Under the pieces are notes generated by a model that saw only the letters and a program-made list of their open reading frames with translations, was not told the DNA's origin and did no database searches. The position numbers and the translations under genes are program-made. Shown here in pieces: positions 14,399 to 24,261 of a stretch of 27,563 nt of DNA (position 1 is its first letter; the number at the start of each line of letters is the position of its first letter). The DNA is from Polyangiaceae bacterium (GTDB lineage Bacteria > Myxococcota_A > Polyangia > Polyangiales > Polyangiaceae): the NCBI GenBank assembly GCA_044222475.1, contig JBGANF010000106.1, positions 1 to 27,563 on the forward strand, in the 5' to 3' direction.

Positions 14399-17056
14399 TC
14401 AGAAGAAGTTGCCGATGGTGAACTCGAAGACGTACGTCTCCTCGTACGGCAGCCGATACAGCGGGAACCCCCACTCGAAGCGCAGCGGCCCGAGCGGCGA
14501 GAACCAACGGATGCCGAAGCCGGAGCTCGTGCGCAGGTAGCCGAGGCTCTCGGGCCCGAAGCACGGGCTCACGACCTTGCTGAGCTGCGGCGCCGGCGTC
14601 GTCTTGCAGAACTGGTCTTCGGTGTTCCACGCGTTGCCGGCGTCGAAGAACACGACGCCGCGGATGCCGACCTTGTCGAGGATCGGGAACTCGAGCTCCA
14701 GGTTCATGTACGCCTGGAGGTTGCCGCCGATGTTCGCGCCGTTCGTGATCGGCGGCGCGTTCGGATCGAGCCCCTGGTTCAGCGGCAGACGCGGGCCGAT
14801 CGTGCGCAGGCGGTACCCGCGAACGTCGAGGATGCCGCCGATGAAGAAGCGCTGGTAGATGGGCACGCCCGCGGTGCTCGGGCTCGTGATGAGACCGACC
14901 TCGGTGTTCATCTTGAGGACGACGCCGGAGCCCGGCTGGCCGGGGACGTTGCCGAACAGCGGGTAGTAGAAGCGACCGGTGAAGCGGTGACGCCAGAACT
15001 GGACCTCGCTGCCGAACGCGTCGCTCGCGAGCTCCGTCGAGGCTTGGAGGTACACGCCGGACGTCGGGAAGAGGCGGTTGTCGCGCGTGTCGAAGACGAT
15101 CGCGGGGCGGATCGAGATCGTACGGCCGGCGTTGAAGAGGTTCGCGAGCGGCAGCCGAGTGAAGAGCCCCGACACGCCGGTCGGCGTCGAGCCGAAGAAC
15201 GTCGTCGTGGACGTGTCGACCTTGTCGTGCTGCGCGGTCGCGGTGACCGAGAGTCGGAGCCACGGTTGGACCAACGCGTAGCCGAACGTGAGCGACCCGC
15301 CGAGCGAGCGGCGAGCGAAGTCGGTGTAGATGTAGAGCTGGTCGTAGAGCTCGGCGCTGGTCGACCAGTCGGTCCCGAAGAAGTACGGCTCGAAGAAGCG
15401 CAGCGAGATGATCTGCCGGAGCGAGCTGATCTGCGCTTGGAGCGCGAGTGACTGGCCGTTGCCGAACAGGTTCGCCTGCTGGATCTGAGCGGTCGCGATG
15501 AAGTTCTCGATCGAGCTGAAGCCGGCGCCGATCTGGAACGTGCCGGTGGGTCGCTCGCCGACCTCGAAGTAGACGACGACCTTGTCGGGCGCGGAGCCCT
15601 GCTCGGTCGTGAAGTCGACGCGCTCGAAGTAGCCGAGGGCGGTGATGCGCCGCTTCGACGCCTCGAGACCCGACTCCGAGTAGAGCTGGCCTTCCTGGAT
15701 CTCCATCTCGCGCCGGAAGACCGAGTCGCGCGTCTTGGTGTTGCCTTTGATCTCGATCCGCTCGATGCGGACCGGTGGTCCGCGGTGGATCGGGATGATG
15801 ATGTCGACCTCGGCCTTGGTCGGATCGACCTCGGTCAGCGGGTCGGCCTCGACGGTGTAGAAGCCGGCGTCGCGATAGAGCGTGCGCACGGCCTGCAGAT
15901 CCTTGACGACCTCGGCGCGGTTGAAGAAGTCGCCGGAGTGGGCGCGGATGAGCTCGCGCAGCGCGCGCCGCCCGCCGAGGGGCTCGATCTCGTTCCCGCT
16001 CGGATCCTCCTCGAAGATCTTGAGTTGCCGGATCTTGTAACGCGGCCCCTCGTGGATGAGGACGGTGATCTCGATCCCGTCGCGGTCGGTCGTCAGCATC
16101 ACGCGCGGGATGCCGATCTGAACCGTCATGTAGCCCTTGTCGTAATAGAGCGAGCTGATGAGCAGGAGGTCGCGCTCGAGGATGTCCTTGCGGTAGGGAC
16201 CGCCGGAGCCGAACGCGAAGAAGCCGCCGTTCCCGGTCTGCATCACCTCTTTGAGGTCCGAGTCGGGGATGTGCTCGTTTCCGATGAAGGTGACGCGGCG
16301 CACGGTGACCGGGTTGTGCTCCGCGATCTTGAAGCGGATGATCACCTCGTTGTCGCGCTGCTGGTCGATCGTGAACTCGACGTCGGCGAGGAAGTAGCCC
16401 TTCTCCTCGTACGCGTCCTTGATCTTGGTGACGCTGCGCTTGACCGCCGGGATGCTGAGGATCGTGTTCGGCTTCACCTCGATCGCTTCGAGGAGCTTGT
16501 CGGTGTCGATCTCGTTGTTGCCTTCGAAATCGATGCCCTTCACGTTCGGGCGCTCGGTGACCTTGAAGCGCAGGCGGATGCCGCGGCCCGTCGTGGCGAG
16601 ATCGACCTGGATGTCTTCGAAGAAGCCGGCCTCCCAGAGCGAGCGGACGTCGGTCGCGAGGCTCTCGACGTGGAACGACTGGCCGATGCGCTCCTTGATG
16701 TAGAGCACGACGTCGTCCTGCGAGATGCGGCGGTTGCCTTCGATCTCGAGCGCGACGATCGGAAGGCCTTCGGCCTTCTCGGCGTCGGTCTGAGGGAGGC
16801 GAATCTGGGGTTGGTCCACGCCGGGGACGGCGCCCATCATGCCGCCGTCGGCAGCAGTGGCAGCGTCGTCGGCTCCGCCATCGAGGGGAGTCGCGAGCGG
16901 AACGCTCGCGTCGCCAGGCGGTCGCGCTCCGGCGTCGACGATCGGTCGTGCGCCTGCGTCGACGGGTGCACCGCCGTCGCGCGCCTGCGCCCACGCGTTG
17001 CGCCCGTCACAAACGAGAACGACGAGGACGACGAGTGCCGCAAAAAACGCGAGCAC
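14399..17056 (-). CDS. bamA: Outer membrane protein assembly factor BamA
   Basis: POTRA repeats (IEGNRRI, FEGNNEI, FIGNEHI, IKGNTKTRD), the VRGY motif, GIRWFSPLGPLRFEWG and a C-terminal FEFTIGNFF beta-signal. The exact start is uncertain. Confidence 0.96.
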   Translation of the reverse strand: MLAFFAALVVLVVLVCDGRNAWAQARDGGAPVDAGARPIVDAGARPPGDASVPLATPLDGGADDAATAADGGMMGAVPGVDQPQIRLPQTDAEKAEGLPIVALEIEGNRRISQDDVVLYIKERIGQSFHVESLATDVRSLWEAGFFEDIQVDLATTGRGIRLRFKVTERPNVKGIDFEGNNEIDTDKLLEAIEVKPNTILSIPAVKRSVTKIKDAYEEKGYFLADVEFTIDQQRDNEVIIRFKIAEHNPVTVRRVTFIGNEHIPDSDLKEVMQTGNGGFFAFGSGGPYRKDILERDLLLISSLYYDKGYMTVQIGIPRVMLTTDRDGIEITVLIHEGPRYKIRQLKIFEEDPSGNEIEPLGGRRALRELIRAHSGDFFNRAEVVKDLQAVRTLYRDAGFYTVEADPLTEVDPTKAEVDIIIPIHRGPPVRIERIEIKGNTKTRDSVFRREMEIQEGQLYSESGLEASKRRITALGYFERVDFTTEQGSAPDKVVVYFEVGERPTGTFQIGAGFSSIENFIATAQIQQANLFGNGQSLALQAQISSLRQIISLRFFEPYFFGTDWSTSAELYDQLYIYTDFARRSLGGSLTFGYALVQPWLRLSVTATAQHDKVDTSTTTFFGSTPTGVSGLFTRLPLANLFNAGRTISIRPAIVFDTRDNRLFPTSGVYLQASTELASDAFGSEVQFWRHRFTGRFYYPLFGNVPGQPGSGVVLKMNTEVGLITSPSTAGVPIYQRFFIGGILDVRGYRLRTIGPRLPLNQGLDPNAPPITNGANIGGNLQAYMNLELEFPILDKVGIRGVVFFDAGNAWNTEDQFCKTTPAPQLSKVVSPCFGPESLGYLRTSSGFGIRWFSPLGPLRFEWGFPLYRLPYEETYVFEFTIGNFF

Positions 17057-17232
17057 GGCGCGGCGAAGGAGGAGAGGGCTCAGAGCGCCTAGGCTCGTAG
17101 CGCACCGCTCGCCTCGGGGTCAACGAAGGAATGGCCCGAAACCCAAGCACCTTCGCGGCCGTAGCTCGCTCGGGCGCCGCAACGCGTCGGTCGAGGCGAA
17201 TGTTCCCGCAGATGTGATACCGGTCGGAGCGC

Positions 17233-18474
17233 ATGATCCGCCGGCCCGCCCTGATCCTCGCGATCCTCACCGGGCTGAACCTGCTGAACTACATGGATCG
17301 CACGATCCTCGCGGCGGTCCTCGCTCGGATCCAAGATCCGAAGCAGCTCGATCTCGACGACGCGCAGGGCGGCACGCTCGCGACGGCGTTCCTCATCGGC
17401 TACTTCCTGACGAGCCCGATCTTCGGTGCGCTCGCCGATCGTGGCGGTCGCAAGGGGCTGATGACGTTCGGCGTCCTGGTGTGGAGCGCTGCGACGTACG
17501 CCACCGGACACGCGCACTCGTACTGGACGATCCTGCTCGCGCGCGCCGTCGTCGGAGTGGGCGAGGCGAGCTACGCGTCGGTCGCGCCGACGATCATCGA
17601 CGACCTCGCTCCCCTCGAGAAGAAGGGCCGGTGGCTGTCGGTGTTCTACCTCGCGATCCCGCTCGGATCGGCGATCGGGTACGTGCTCGGCGGATTCATC
17701 GAGAAGCGCTTCGGCTGGCGGAGCGCGTTCTACTTCGCCGGCGGCCCCGGCGTGGTCCTGGCTCTCGCGTGCCTGCTCATCGTGGAGCCGGCGCGCAAGC
17801 TCGCGGCGAAGAAGGAGTCGCCGCTGAAGATGCTGCGGCCCCTCGCCAGTCAGCGACTCTACGTTCGCGCGGTCGCGGGCTACTGCCTTTCGACGTTCGC
17901 GCTCGGCGGCTTCGCGCTCTGGGCGCCCAAGTTCATCTTCGCCGAGTACGGCATGCCGCTCGACCGCGCGAACTACGTCTTCGGCCTCGTCCTGATCGTC
18001 GCCGGCGTCCTCACGACCGGCCTCGGGGGCTGGTTGGGGGACCGCGCCAGCAGACGCATGTCGGCTAACGGTCGGAAGGGGGAGGACGGCACGCCGCTCG
18101 GCCACCTCCGAATCTGCGCCATCGCGAGCTTCCTCGGTGCGCCGTTCGCCGCAGCCGCGTTCCTGTCGCCGAACACGACCTATTTCTTCACGTTCATGTT
18201 TCTGGCGATCGCGGCGATCTTCCTCGGCAACTCGCCGATCAACGCCGCGCTCCTCAGCGCCGTGCCGACGCACCTTCGCGCGAGCGCGATGGCCATCAGC
18301 ATCTTCGCCATTCACGTCTTCGGTGACATGTGGAGCCCGCCGCTCGTGGGCCTCCTCATGAAGTGGCTGGGATCGCGGCCGATGGCGATGCAGCTCCTGC
18401 CGCTCGCCATCGCGGGCTCTGGGGTCCTCTGGTGGGTGCGGGCCCCCAAGCTCCAGAAGACGTCACCCGGCTAA
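17233..18474 (+). CDS. Spinster-like MFS transporter, 413 aa
   Basis: NLLNYMDR, FGALADRGGRK (motif A), RAVVGVGEASY..APTIIDD and GWRSAFY. Confidence 0.9.
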   Translation: MIRRPALILAILTGLNLLNYMDRTILAAVLARIQDPKQLDLDDAQGGTLATAFLIGYFLTSPIFGALADRGGRKGLMTFGVLVWSAATYATGHAHSYWTILLARAVVGVGEASYASVAPTIIDDLAPLEKKGRWLSVFYLAIPLGSAIGYVLGGFIEKRFGWRSAFYFAGGPGVVLALACLLIVEPARKLAAKKESPLKMLRPLASQRLYVRAVAGYCLSTFALGGFALWAPKFIFAEYGMPLDRANYVFGLVLIVAGVLTTGLGGWLGDRASRRMSANGRKGEDGTPLGHLRICAIASFLGAPFAAAAFLSPNTTYFFTFMFLAIAAIFLGNSPINAALLSAVPTHLRASAMAISIFAIHVFGDMWSPPLVGLLMKWLGSRPMAMQLLPLAIAGSGVLWWVRAPKLQKTSPG

Positions 18475-18597
18475 CAATTCTGGATGGACCCTCTGGTCAC
18501 CGCGATCTCGGATGCACCCTCTGGGCGCAGGGGCAAAGCCCCGAACCTGACGCCAGAACCTTGACACTTGTTCACCCTGTACGGTAGGTCGGGATCG

Positions 18598-20535
18598 ATG
18601 GCGAAGAAGTCCAAAGCCGCGGCCCCGAAGAAGGCCACCAAACCTGCCAAAACCCCGGCGCCGCCCAAGAAGCAGGCGAAGCCGGCAAAGCCCGCGAAGC
18701 CCGCGCCGGCGGCGAAGAAGCCGAAGCAGGAGACCCTTCCGCTCGCCGTCGCCCCGCCGCCGCCCGCGCCGACCCCGTCGGAGCCGCCCCCTCCTTCCTC
18801 GGCCGAACCCAAGACTCCGCCGAAGCGCCGCGCCACCGCCGAGACGATGGGCGCGAAGCAGCGCGAGATCTCCGTCTCCGAGTTCTTCACCAAGAACCGC
18901 CACCTCCTCGGCTTCGACAACCCGGCGAAGGCGCTGCTCACGACGGTGAAGGAAGCCGTCGACAACTCGCTCGACGCTTGCGAAGAGGCCGGCATCCTCC
19001 CGGAGCTGGTCGTCGAGATCACCGAGATCTCCGAAGGTCGCTTCCGCGTCGCGATCGAAGACAACGGCCCCGGCATCGTGAAGCCGCAGATCCCGAAGAT
19101 CTTCGCCAAGCTCCTCTACGGATCGAAGTTCCACCGCCTGCGTCAGTCGCGCGGTCAGCAGGGCATCGGCATCAGCGCCGCCGGTCTCTACGCGCAGCTC
19201 ACGACCGGCAAGCCCGTCATCATCATCTCGAAGACCGGCAAGGGCCGCCCCGCGTTCCAGATCGATCTGCGCCTCGACACGAAGCGAAACCAACCCGACG
19301 TCGTGAAGGACGAGACGATCGAGTGGCACAAGGAGCACGGCACCCGCGTCGAGATGGAGCTCGTCGCGGCGTACCGCGGTGGTCGCACCGGCGTGCAGGA
19401 GTACCTCGAGCAGACCGTCGTCGCGAATCCCCATTTGGGATTGACGTTCAAGCCGCCCAAGGGCGACCCGCTCGTCTTCCCGCGCGTGTCCGACGAGCTC
19501 CCCCGCGAGCCGCAGGAGATCAAGCCGCACCCGCACGGCATCGAGCTCGGCATGCTCCTCAACATGCTCAGCGACTCGCCGGGCAAGAACGTGAAGCAGG
19601 TGCTCGAGGACGACTTCTCGCGCGTGAGCCCAGCGATCGCGAAGCAGATCCTCGACCTCGCGAAGATCAACCCGAAGACGCGGGCCGACTCGATCATCGG
19701 CGAGGAGCTCGATCGGCTCTACAAGGCCCTCGGCGAGGTGAAGGTGATGGCGCCTCCCGCGACGAGCGTCGTCCCGATCGGCGAGGACCTCCTCGTGCGC
19801 GGTCTGAAGCGCCGGTTCCCCAACGCGGAGTTCAGCGTGTCCTGTACGCGCCCGCCGAGCGTGTACCGCGGCAACCCGTTCGTCGTCGAGGTCGGCTTGG
19901 CGTACGGTGGTGACCTCCCGCTCGACGAGCCGGCCGACGTCATGCGCTTCGCGAACCGCGTGCCGCTGCAGTACCAGCCGAAGGCGTGCGCCATCTCGGA
20001 GAGCGTCTACGACACGAACTGGAAGAACTACGAGCTGGCGCAGCCGAAGGGCTCGCTGCCGGTGGGTCCGGTCGCGATCGCGGTGCACCTCGCGAGCGTG
20101 TGGGTGCCGTTCACGAGCGAGGCGAAAGAGGCGGTCGCCCACTACGACGATCTGCTTCGCGAGATGAAGCTCGCCATCCAGGAGTGCGGCCGCAAGCTGG
20201 CGGCGCACCTCCGAGCGCGCGAGAAGGCGAACAGCGAACAGAAGCGTCGCGGAATCTTCGAGCGGTACATCCCCGAGGTCAGTCGCGCGCTCGCTGGGCT
20301 GCTCGGCGTCAGTGCCGACGGTATCGAGAAGCACTTCAACGCCGCGCTGCCCAAGTTCGTCAACGTCGGCTTGATCGACAAGGTCGAAGCCGCCGAGCCC
20401 AAGCGTGGTGGCGGTTCGACACCCCCGCCGCCGCCGTCCGACGCGCCTCCGCCGATGCCGAAGTCGCCGCCGACGAAAGGGAAGGCGAAGGGAAAGACGA
20501 AGGGCAAAGACGACCGCCAACTCTCGCTGATGTAG
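18598..20535 (+). CDS. top6B: DNA topoisomerase VI subunit B, 645 aa
   Basis: [24 protein letters not shown] motifs [10 protein letters not shown] / EDNGPGI / [15 protein letters not shown] / GTRV, and transducer RFANRVPL and VPFTSEAKE. Start reassigned to ATG 18598. Confidence 0.96.
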   Translation: MAKKSKAAAPKKATKPAKTPAPPKKQAKPAKPAKPAPAAKKPKQETLPLAVAPPPPAPTPSEPPPPSSAEPKTPPKRRATAETMGAKQREISVSEFFTKNRHLLGFDNPAKALLTTVKEAVDNSLDACEEAGILPELVVEITEISEGRFRVAIEDNGPGIVKPQIPKIFAKLLYGSKFHRLRQSRGQQGIGISAAGLYAQLTTGKPVIIISKTGKGRPAFQIDLRLDTKRNQPDVVKDETIEWHKEHGTRVEMELVAAYRGGRTGVQEYLEQTVVANPHLGLTFKPPKGDPLVFPRVSDELPREPQEIKPHPHGIELGMLLNMLSDSPGKNVKQVLEDDFSRVSPAIAKQILDLAKINPKTRADSIIGEELDRLYKALGEVKVMAPPATSVVPIGEDLLVRGLKRRFPNAEFSVSCTRPPSVYRGNPFVVEVGLAYGGDLPLDEPADVMRFANRVPLQYQPKACAISESVYDTNWKNYELAQPKGSLPVGPVAIAVHLASVWVPFTSEAKEAVAHYDDLLREMKLAIQECGRKLAAHLRAREKANSEQKRRGIFERYIPEVSRALAGLLGVSADGIEKHFNAALPKFVNVGLIDKVEAAEPKRGGGSTPPPPPSDAPPPMPKSPPTKGKAKGKTKGKDDRQLSLM

Positions 20536-20551
20536 CCAAGGAACGAAGACG

Positions 20552-21679
20552 ATGGCCTCCAAGAAGAGCGCAGCAAAAGACACGGCGAAAGAACGCGATC
20601 AAAAGACGCTCGCGAAGCTGCAGAAGCTCGCCGCCCAAGCGCTGGCGACCGTGCGCGGCGGACGCAACCCGGCGCTCGAGATTCGCATGCGCGCGCTGTC
20701 GAACGTCTCCTTCAACGAGAAGAAGCGCATCATCGAGCTCGGCGACAAGACTCAGTCGCGCGAGTTCTTCAACACCGCGATGGCGCGAAAGTTCATGCAG
20801 ACGTTTCTCATCGCTCAGGGGTGCAAAGGCCTGATCGAGGAGGACAAGACCGTCAGCATTCGTCAGCTCTATTACATCTCGAAGCACACCGTCGAAGGCA
20901 CGAGCGAGAACACCTTCGAAGATCAGAAGGAGAGCGATCCGATCATCGAAGACCTCGAGGTCGCCGCGGACGCGCTGCGCGAGGAGCTCCACCTGTTCGC
21001 TGCGAAGCGCGGATCCATCGCGGGCGAGCTCGTCATTCGCGACAGCGGAGACGAGATCGACCTATCGCGCCTCGGGAGCGGTGGTTGGTCCATCCCCGGC
21101 ATCTGCGAGCCGAGCAAGGTCCAGTTCGTCCGCAACAAGGCCAAGTACGTCCTCTTCGTCGAGAAGGACGCGATGTTCAATCGCTTCAACGAGGACAAGT
21201 TCTGGCGCAAGAACGAGTGCATCGTCATGACGAGCGGCGGTCAGGCCACACGCGGTGCGCGCCGCCTGCTCCAGCGCATCGCAGGTGAGCTCAAAATCCC
21301 GGTTTACGTCCTCGTCGATAACGATCCGTGGGGGCTCTACATCTACTCGGTGCTCAAGCAAGGCAGCATCAGCCTCGCGTACGAGTCGATGCGCCTCGCC
21401 GTACCCAACGTGCGTTTCCTCGGGATGAGCGCCTTCGATTACAAGAAGTTCAACTTGTCGAAGTCGGTCATCATCAACCTCGAGAAAGAGGACGTCGCCC
21501 GCGCGAACCAGATGAAGGCGTACGCCTGGTTCAAGGACAAGAAGTGGCAGCGGGAGATTCAGGGCATCGTGGACAACGGCTTCAAGATGGAGCTCGACTC
21601 TTTCCTCACGAAGGGTGTCAGCTTCATCAGCGAAGAGTACGTCCCGAAGAAGCTCCGCGATCGCGACTGGCTCGAGTGA
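20552..21679 (+). CDS. top6A: DNA topoisomerase VI subunit A (Spo11-like), 375 aa
   Basis: Winged-helix catalytic region SIRQLYYISKH, FEDQKESD.IIEDLE and TOPRIM motifs VEKDA and DNDPWG. Begins 16 nt after top6B. Confidence 0.96.
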   Translation: MASKKSAAKDTAKERDQKTLAKLQKLAAQALATVRGGRNPALEIRMRALSNVSFNEKKRIIELGDKTQSREFFNTAMARKFMQTFLIAQGCKGLIEEDKTVSIRQLYYISKHTVEGTSENTFEDQKESDPIIEDLEVAADALREELHLFAAKRGSIAGELVIRDSGDEIDLSRLGSGGWSIPGICEPSKVQFVRNKAKYVLFVEKDAMFNRFNEDKFWRKNECIVMTSGGQATRGARRLLQRIAGELKIPVYVLVDNDPWGLYIYSVLKQGSISLAYESMRLAVPNVRFLGMSAFDYKKFNLSKSVIINLEKEDVARANQMKAYAWFKDKKWQREIQGIVDNGFKMELDSFLTKGVSFISEEYVPKKLRDRDWLE

Positions 21680-21805
21680 GACGTCGTGCCTCGCGGTCCG
21701 TTCGCGGCCCGGATGGACCACGTTTGATCCACGCTCCGTGACGTTTTCCGGAGGGCACGGCCATGCGAATCGTGCTAGGTACTCAAGGCCGGGTGGTAGG
21801 TGCGA

Positions 21806-21821
21806 TGGCACCATACATGCA
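21806..21821 (+). promoter_or_regulatory. sigma54 (-24/-12) promoter
   Basis: TGGCAC-CATAC-ATGCA (GG-N10-GC), followed by a Shine-Dalgarno-like AGAGGT (21835-21840) and ATG 21845. Confidence 0.6.
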
Positions 21822-21844
21822 CCGGCGAACGTCCAGAGGTGCCC

Positions 21845-23026
21845 ATGCGTTCGCTTCTCTTCCTCTCCTCCGTTGCGATTCTGGCGATCGGCGTTCAAGG
21901 CTGCGGTAGCGGCAAGCCGCCGTCACCCTTCTCCACGACCGATGGCGGCGACACCGACGGCAGCGATCCGTTCGCCGACGGCGGCGATCCGTTCGGGGAC
22001 TCGGGCACCGGCGACGGCACGATCGGCGGGGGGTGCAACCCCAACCCCGACAACTTCGACATCCCCAACAACAACTGCGACGACGACGGCGACGGCACCA
22101 TCGACAACGGGTCGAACTGCGATCAAGGCCTCCAGGTCACCGGCGACGCGGTCGCGTTCGCGAAGTCGATCGGCCTCTGCAAGAGCGCCTCGCAAGGCGG
22201 CTGGGGCATCGTCTCCGCGACCTACAGCAACGGCTTCGGCTCGTCGACTCCGCCCGACGCAGAGCAGCACGGCATCCTTTCCAAGTTCGGCAACGTCATC
22301 AAGCCGCGCCAAGGCTCGATGCTCGGCGTCCTCAGCTCCGGCTGGGCGCGCGAGTACGACAACTGCGCGGGCGGCAACGAGCCCTTCAAGGGCGGCTGCC
22401 CGATGAACGGCGCCGGCACCGCGCCGACGGGCTACCCCAAGGCTTCCCCGAGCTGCCCGAACGCGAGCATCAGCCCGAACGTCAACGACGTCATCGACCT
22501 CAAGCTCACGATCAAGGTGCCCGCCAACGCCAAGGGCATCTCGTTCGACTTCAACTTCCTCTCGGGCGAGTGGCCGGAGTACGTGTGCACGACGTTCAAC
22601 GACTCGTTCATCGCGTACCTCAAGTCGAACGCCTTCAACAACGGCAAGGCCGACAACATCTCGTTCGACAGCAAGAAGAACCCGGTCAGCGTCAACAACG
22701 GCTTCTTCGATCGCTGCTCGCCGAAGAACCTGTCGTGCTTCAACTTCCCGCCGAACTACCAGGCCTGCGCCGGCGGCGACGCCGAGCTGAAGGGCACCGG
22801 CTTCTACGATCCGCAGGACAGCTGCTTCTCCGGCCAGACCGACTCGGGCGGCGGCGGGACCGGCTGGCTCACGACCAAGGCGCCCGTGCAACCGGGCGAG
22901 ACGATCACGCTCGAGTTCATGATCTGGGATACGGGGGACAGCGCCTACGACTCGAGCGTCCTGCTCGACAACTGGACCTGGGAGACGACGGATACCTCCG
23001 TCGGCACCGTGCGTCCGCCGAACTGA
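21845..23026 (+). CDS. Choice-of-anchor L-like domain lipoprotein, paralog 1, 393 aa
   Basis: Lipobox VQGC, Asp-rich putative metal-binding motif NNCDDDGDGTID, FDFNFLSGEWPEYVCTTFNDSF and IWDTGDSAYDSSVLLD. Confidence 0.8.
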   Translation: MRSLLFLSSVAILAIGVQGCGSGKPPSPFSTTDGGDTDGSDPFADGGDPFGDSGTGDGTIGGGCNPNPDNFDIPNNNCDDDGDGTIDNGSNCDQGLQVTGDAVAFAKSIGLCKSASQGGWGIVSATYSNGFGSSTPPDAEQHGILSKFGNVIKPRQGSMLGVLSSGWAREYDNCAGGNEPFKGGCPMNGAGTAPTGYPKASPSCPNASISPNVNDVIDLKLTIKVPANAKGISFDFNFLSGEWPEYVCTTFNDSFIAYLKSNAFNNGKADNISFDSKKNPVSVNNGFFDRCSPKNLSCFNFPPNYQACAGGDAELKGTGFYDPQDSCFSGQTDSGGGGTGWLTTKAPVQPGETITLEFMIWDTGDSAYDSSVLLDNWTWETTDTSVGTVRPPN

Positions 23027-23059
23027 CCTTTCTTTCACTCGTCCCAAAGAGGTACAAGC

Positions 23060-24223
23060 ATGCGTCTCTCGCTCCTCGCGCCGTCGCTCGTCGCGGTCGT
23101 CTTCGTCGTCGGCTGCAGCGCCGTTCCCCGGAACACCTTCGACGGCGGGACCGGTCCCGACGACTCGGGCGTCATCCTCCCCGGTGACGACGGCGGCAAC
23201 CCGTTCGATCCCGACGCCCAGACGGGCGACGCGGGCGGTCCGCCCCAGTGCAACCCCAACCCCGACAACTTCGAGGTCCCGGGCAACAACTGCGACGACG
23301 ACAACGACGGCACGATCGACAACGTCGCGCCCGCTTGCGACAACGGCCTCCAGGCGACCGGCGATGCGAACGCGATGGCGAAGTCGATCGGGCTCTGCAA
23401 GGGCGTCGTGAGCGCGGCGTACACGCAGGGCTATCAGCTGAACACCCCGCCGAGCGCGGATCAGCACGGGATCCTCCCGAAGTTCGGCAACGTCATCAAG
23501 CCGAAGGAAGGCGCCAACCTCGCGGTCCTCAGCTCGGGCTTCGCGCGCGAGTACAACGGCCTCAGCGGCACGACCGCGTTCCGCGGCTTCACCGGATCGA
23601 TGACCGGCACCGGTGCGGCGCCGCCCGGCTACCCCAAGGTGTCGCCGGCGTGCACGAACAACCCGACGATCTCGAACGTCGTCAAGGACGTCGCCACCCT
23701 CAAGCTCCAGGTGAAGGTCCCGGCGAACGCGAAGGGCTTCTCCTTCAACTTCAACTTCTTCTCCGGCGAGTGGCCCGAGTTCGTGTGCACGCAGTTCAAC
23801 GACTCGTTCATCGCGTACCTGAAGTCGACCGCGTTCAACAACGGCAACCCCGAGAACATCTCGTTCGACACGAACAAGAACCCCGTCAACGTGAACAACG
23901 GCTTCTTCGACCGCTGCTCGCCGTCGACGCTGTCGTGCTCGAACTTCCCGCCGAACTACAAAGCCTGCGCCGGCGGCAACGCCGAGCTCCAGGGCACCGG
24001 CTACTACTCGGCGGGCGCGCACTGCGGCTCGACGACCGACTCCGGCGGTGGCGCCACCGGCTGGCTCCAGACCAAAGCCCCGGTCACCCCGGGCGAGACG
24101 ATCACGATCGAGTTCATGGTGTGGGACACCGGCGATCAGGCCTGGAACTCCAGCGTCCTCATCGACGGCTGGCAGTGGGAAGCGACCGACACGCAAGTCG
24201 GCACCGTCCGCGGCCCGAACTGA
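23060..24223 (+). CDS. Choice-of-anchor L-like domain lipoprotein, paralog 2, 387 aa
   Basis: Lipobox VVGC. Colinear with the preceding gene, with long identical blocks. Confidence 0.8.
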   Translation: MRLSLLAPSLVAVVFVVGCSAVPRNTFDGGTGPDDSGVILPGDDGGNPFDPDAQTGDAGGPPQCNPNPDNFEVPGNNCDDDNDGTIDNVAPACDNGLQATGDANAMAKSIGLCKGVVSAAYTQGYQLNTPPSADQHGILPKFGNVIKPKEGANLAVLSSGFAREYNGLSGTTAFRGFTGSMTGTGAAPPGYPKVSPACTNNPTISNVVKDVATLKLQVKVPANAKGFSFNFNFFSGEWPEFVCTQFNDSFIAYLKSTAFNNGNPENISFDTNKNPVNVNNGFFDRCSPSTLSCSNFPPNYKACAGGNAELQGTGYYSAGAHCGSTTDSGGGATGWLQTKAPVTPGETITIEFMVWDTGDQAWNSSVLIDGWQWEATDTQVGTVRGPN

Positions 24224-24261
24224 CTGTTGCCTCTCGGGCCCCCCTGTCCTAATCGGGGGCC

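Noticed and set aside
24237..24261. GGCCCCCC/GGGGGCC hairpin before the biotin carboxylase start
   Set aside because: Short GC stem without a U-tract; not distinguishable from chance in GC-rich DNA.
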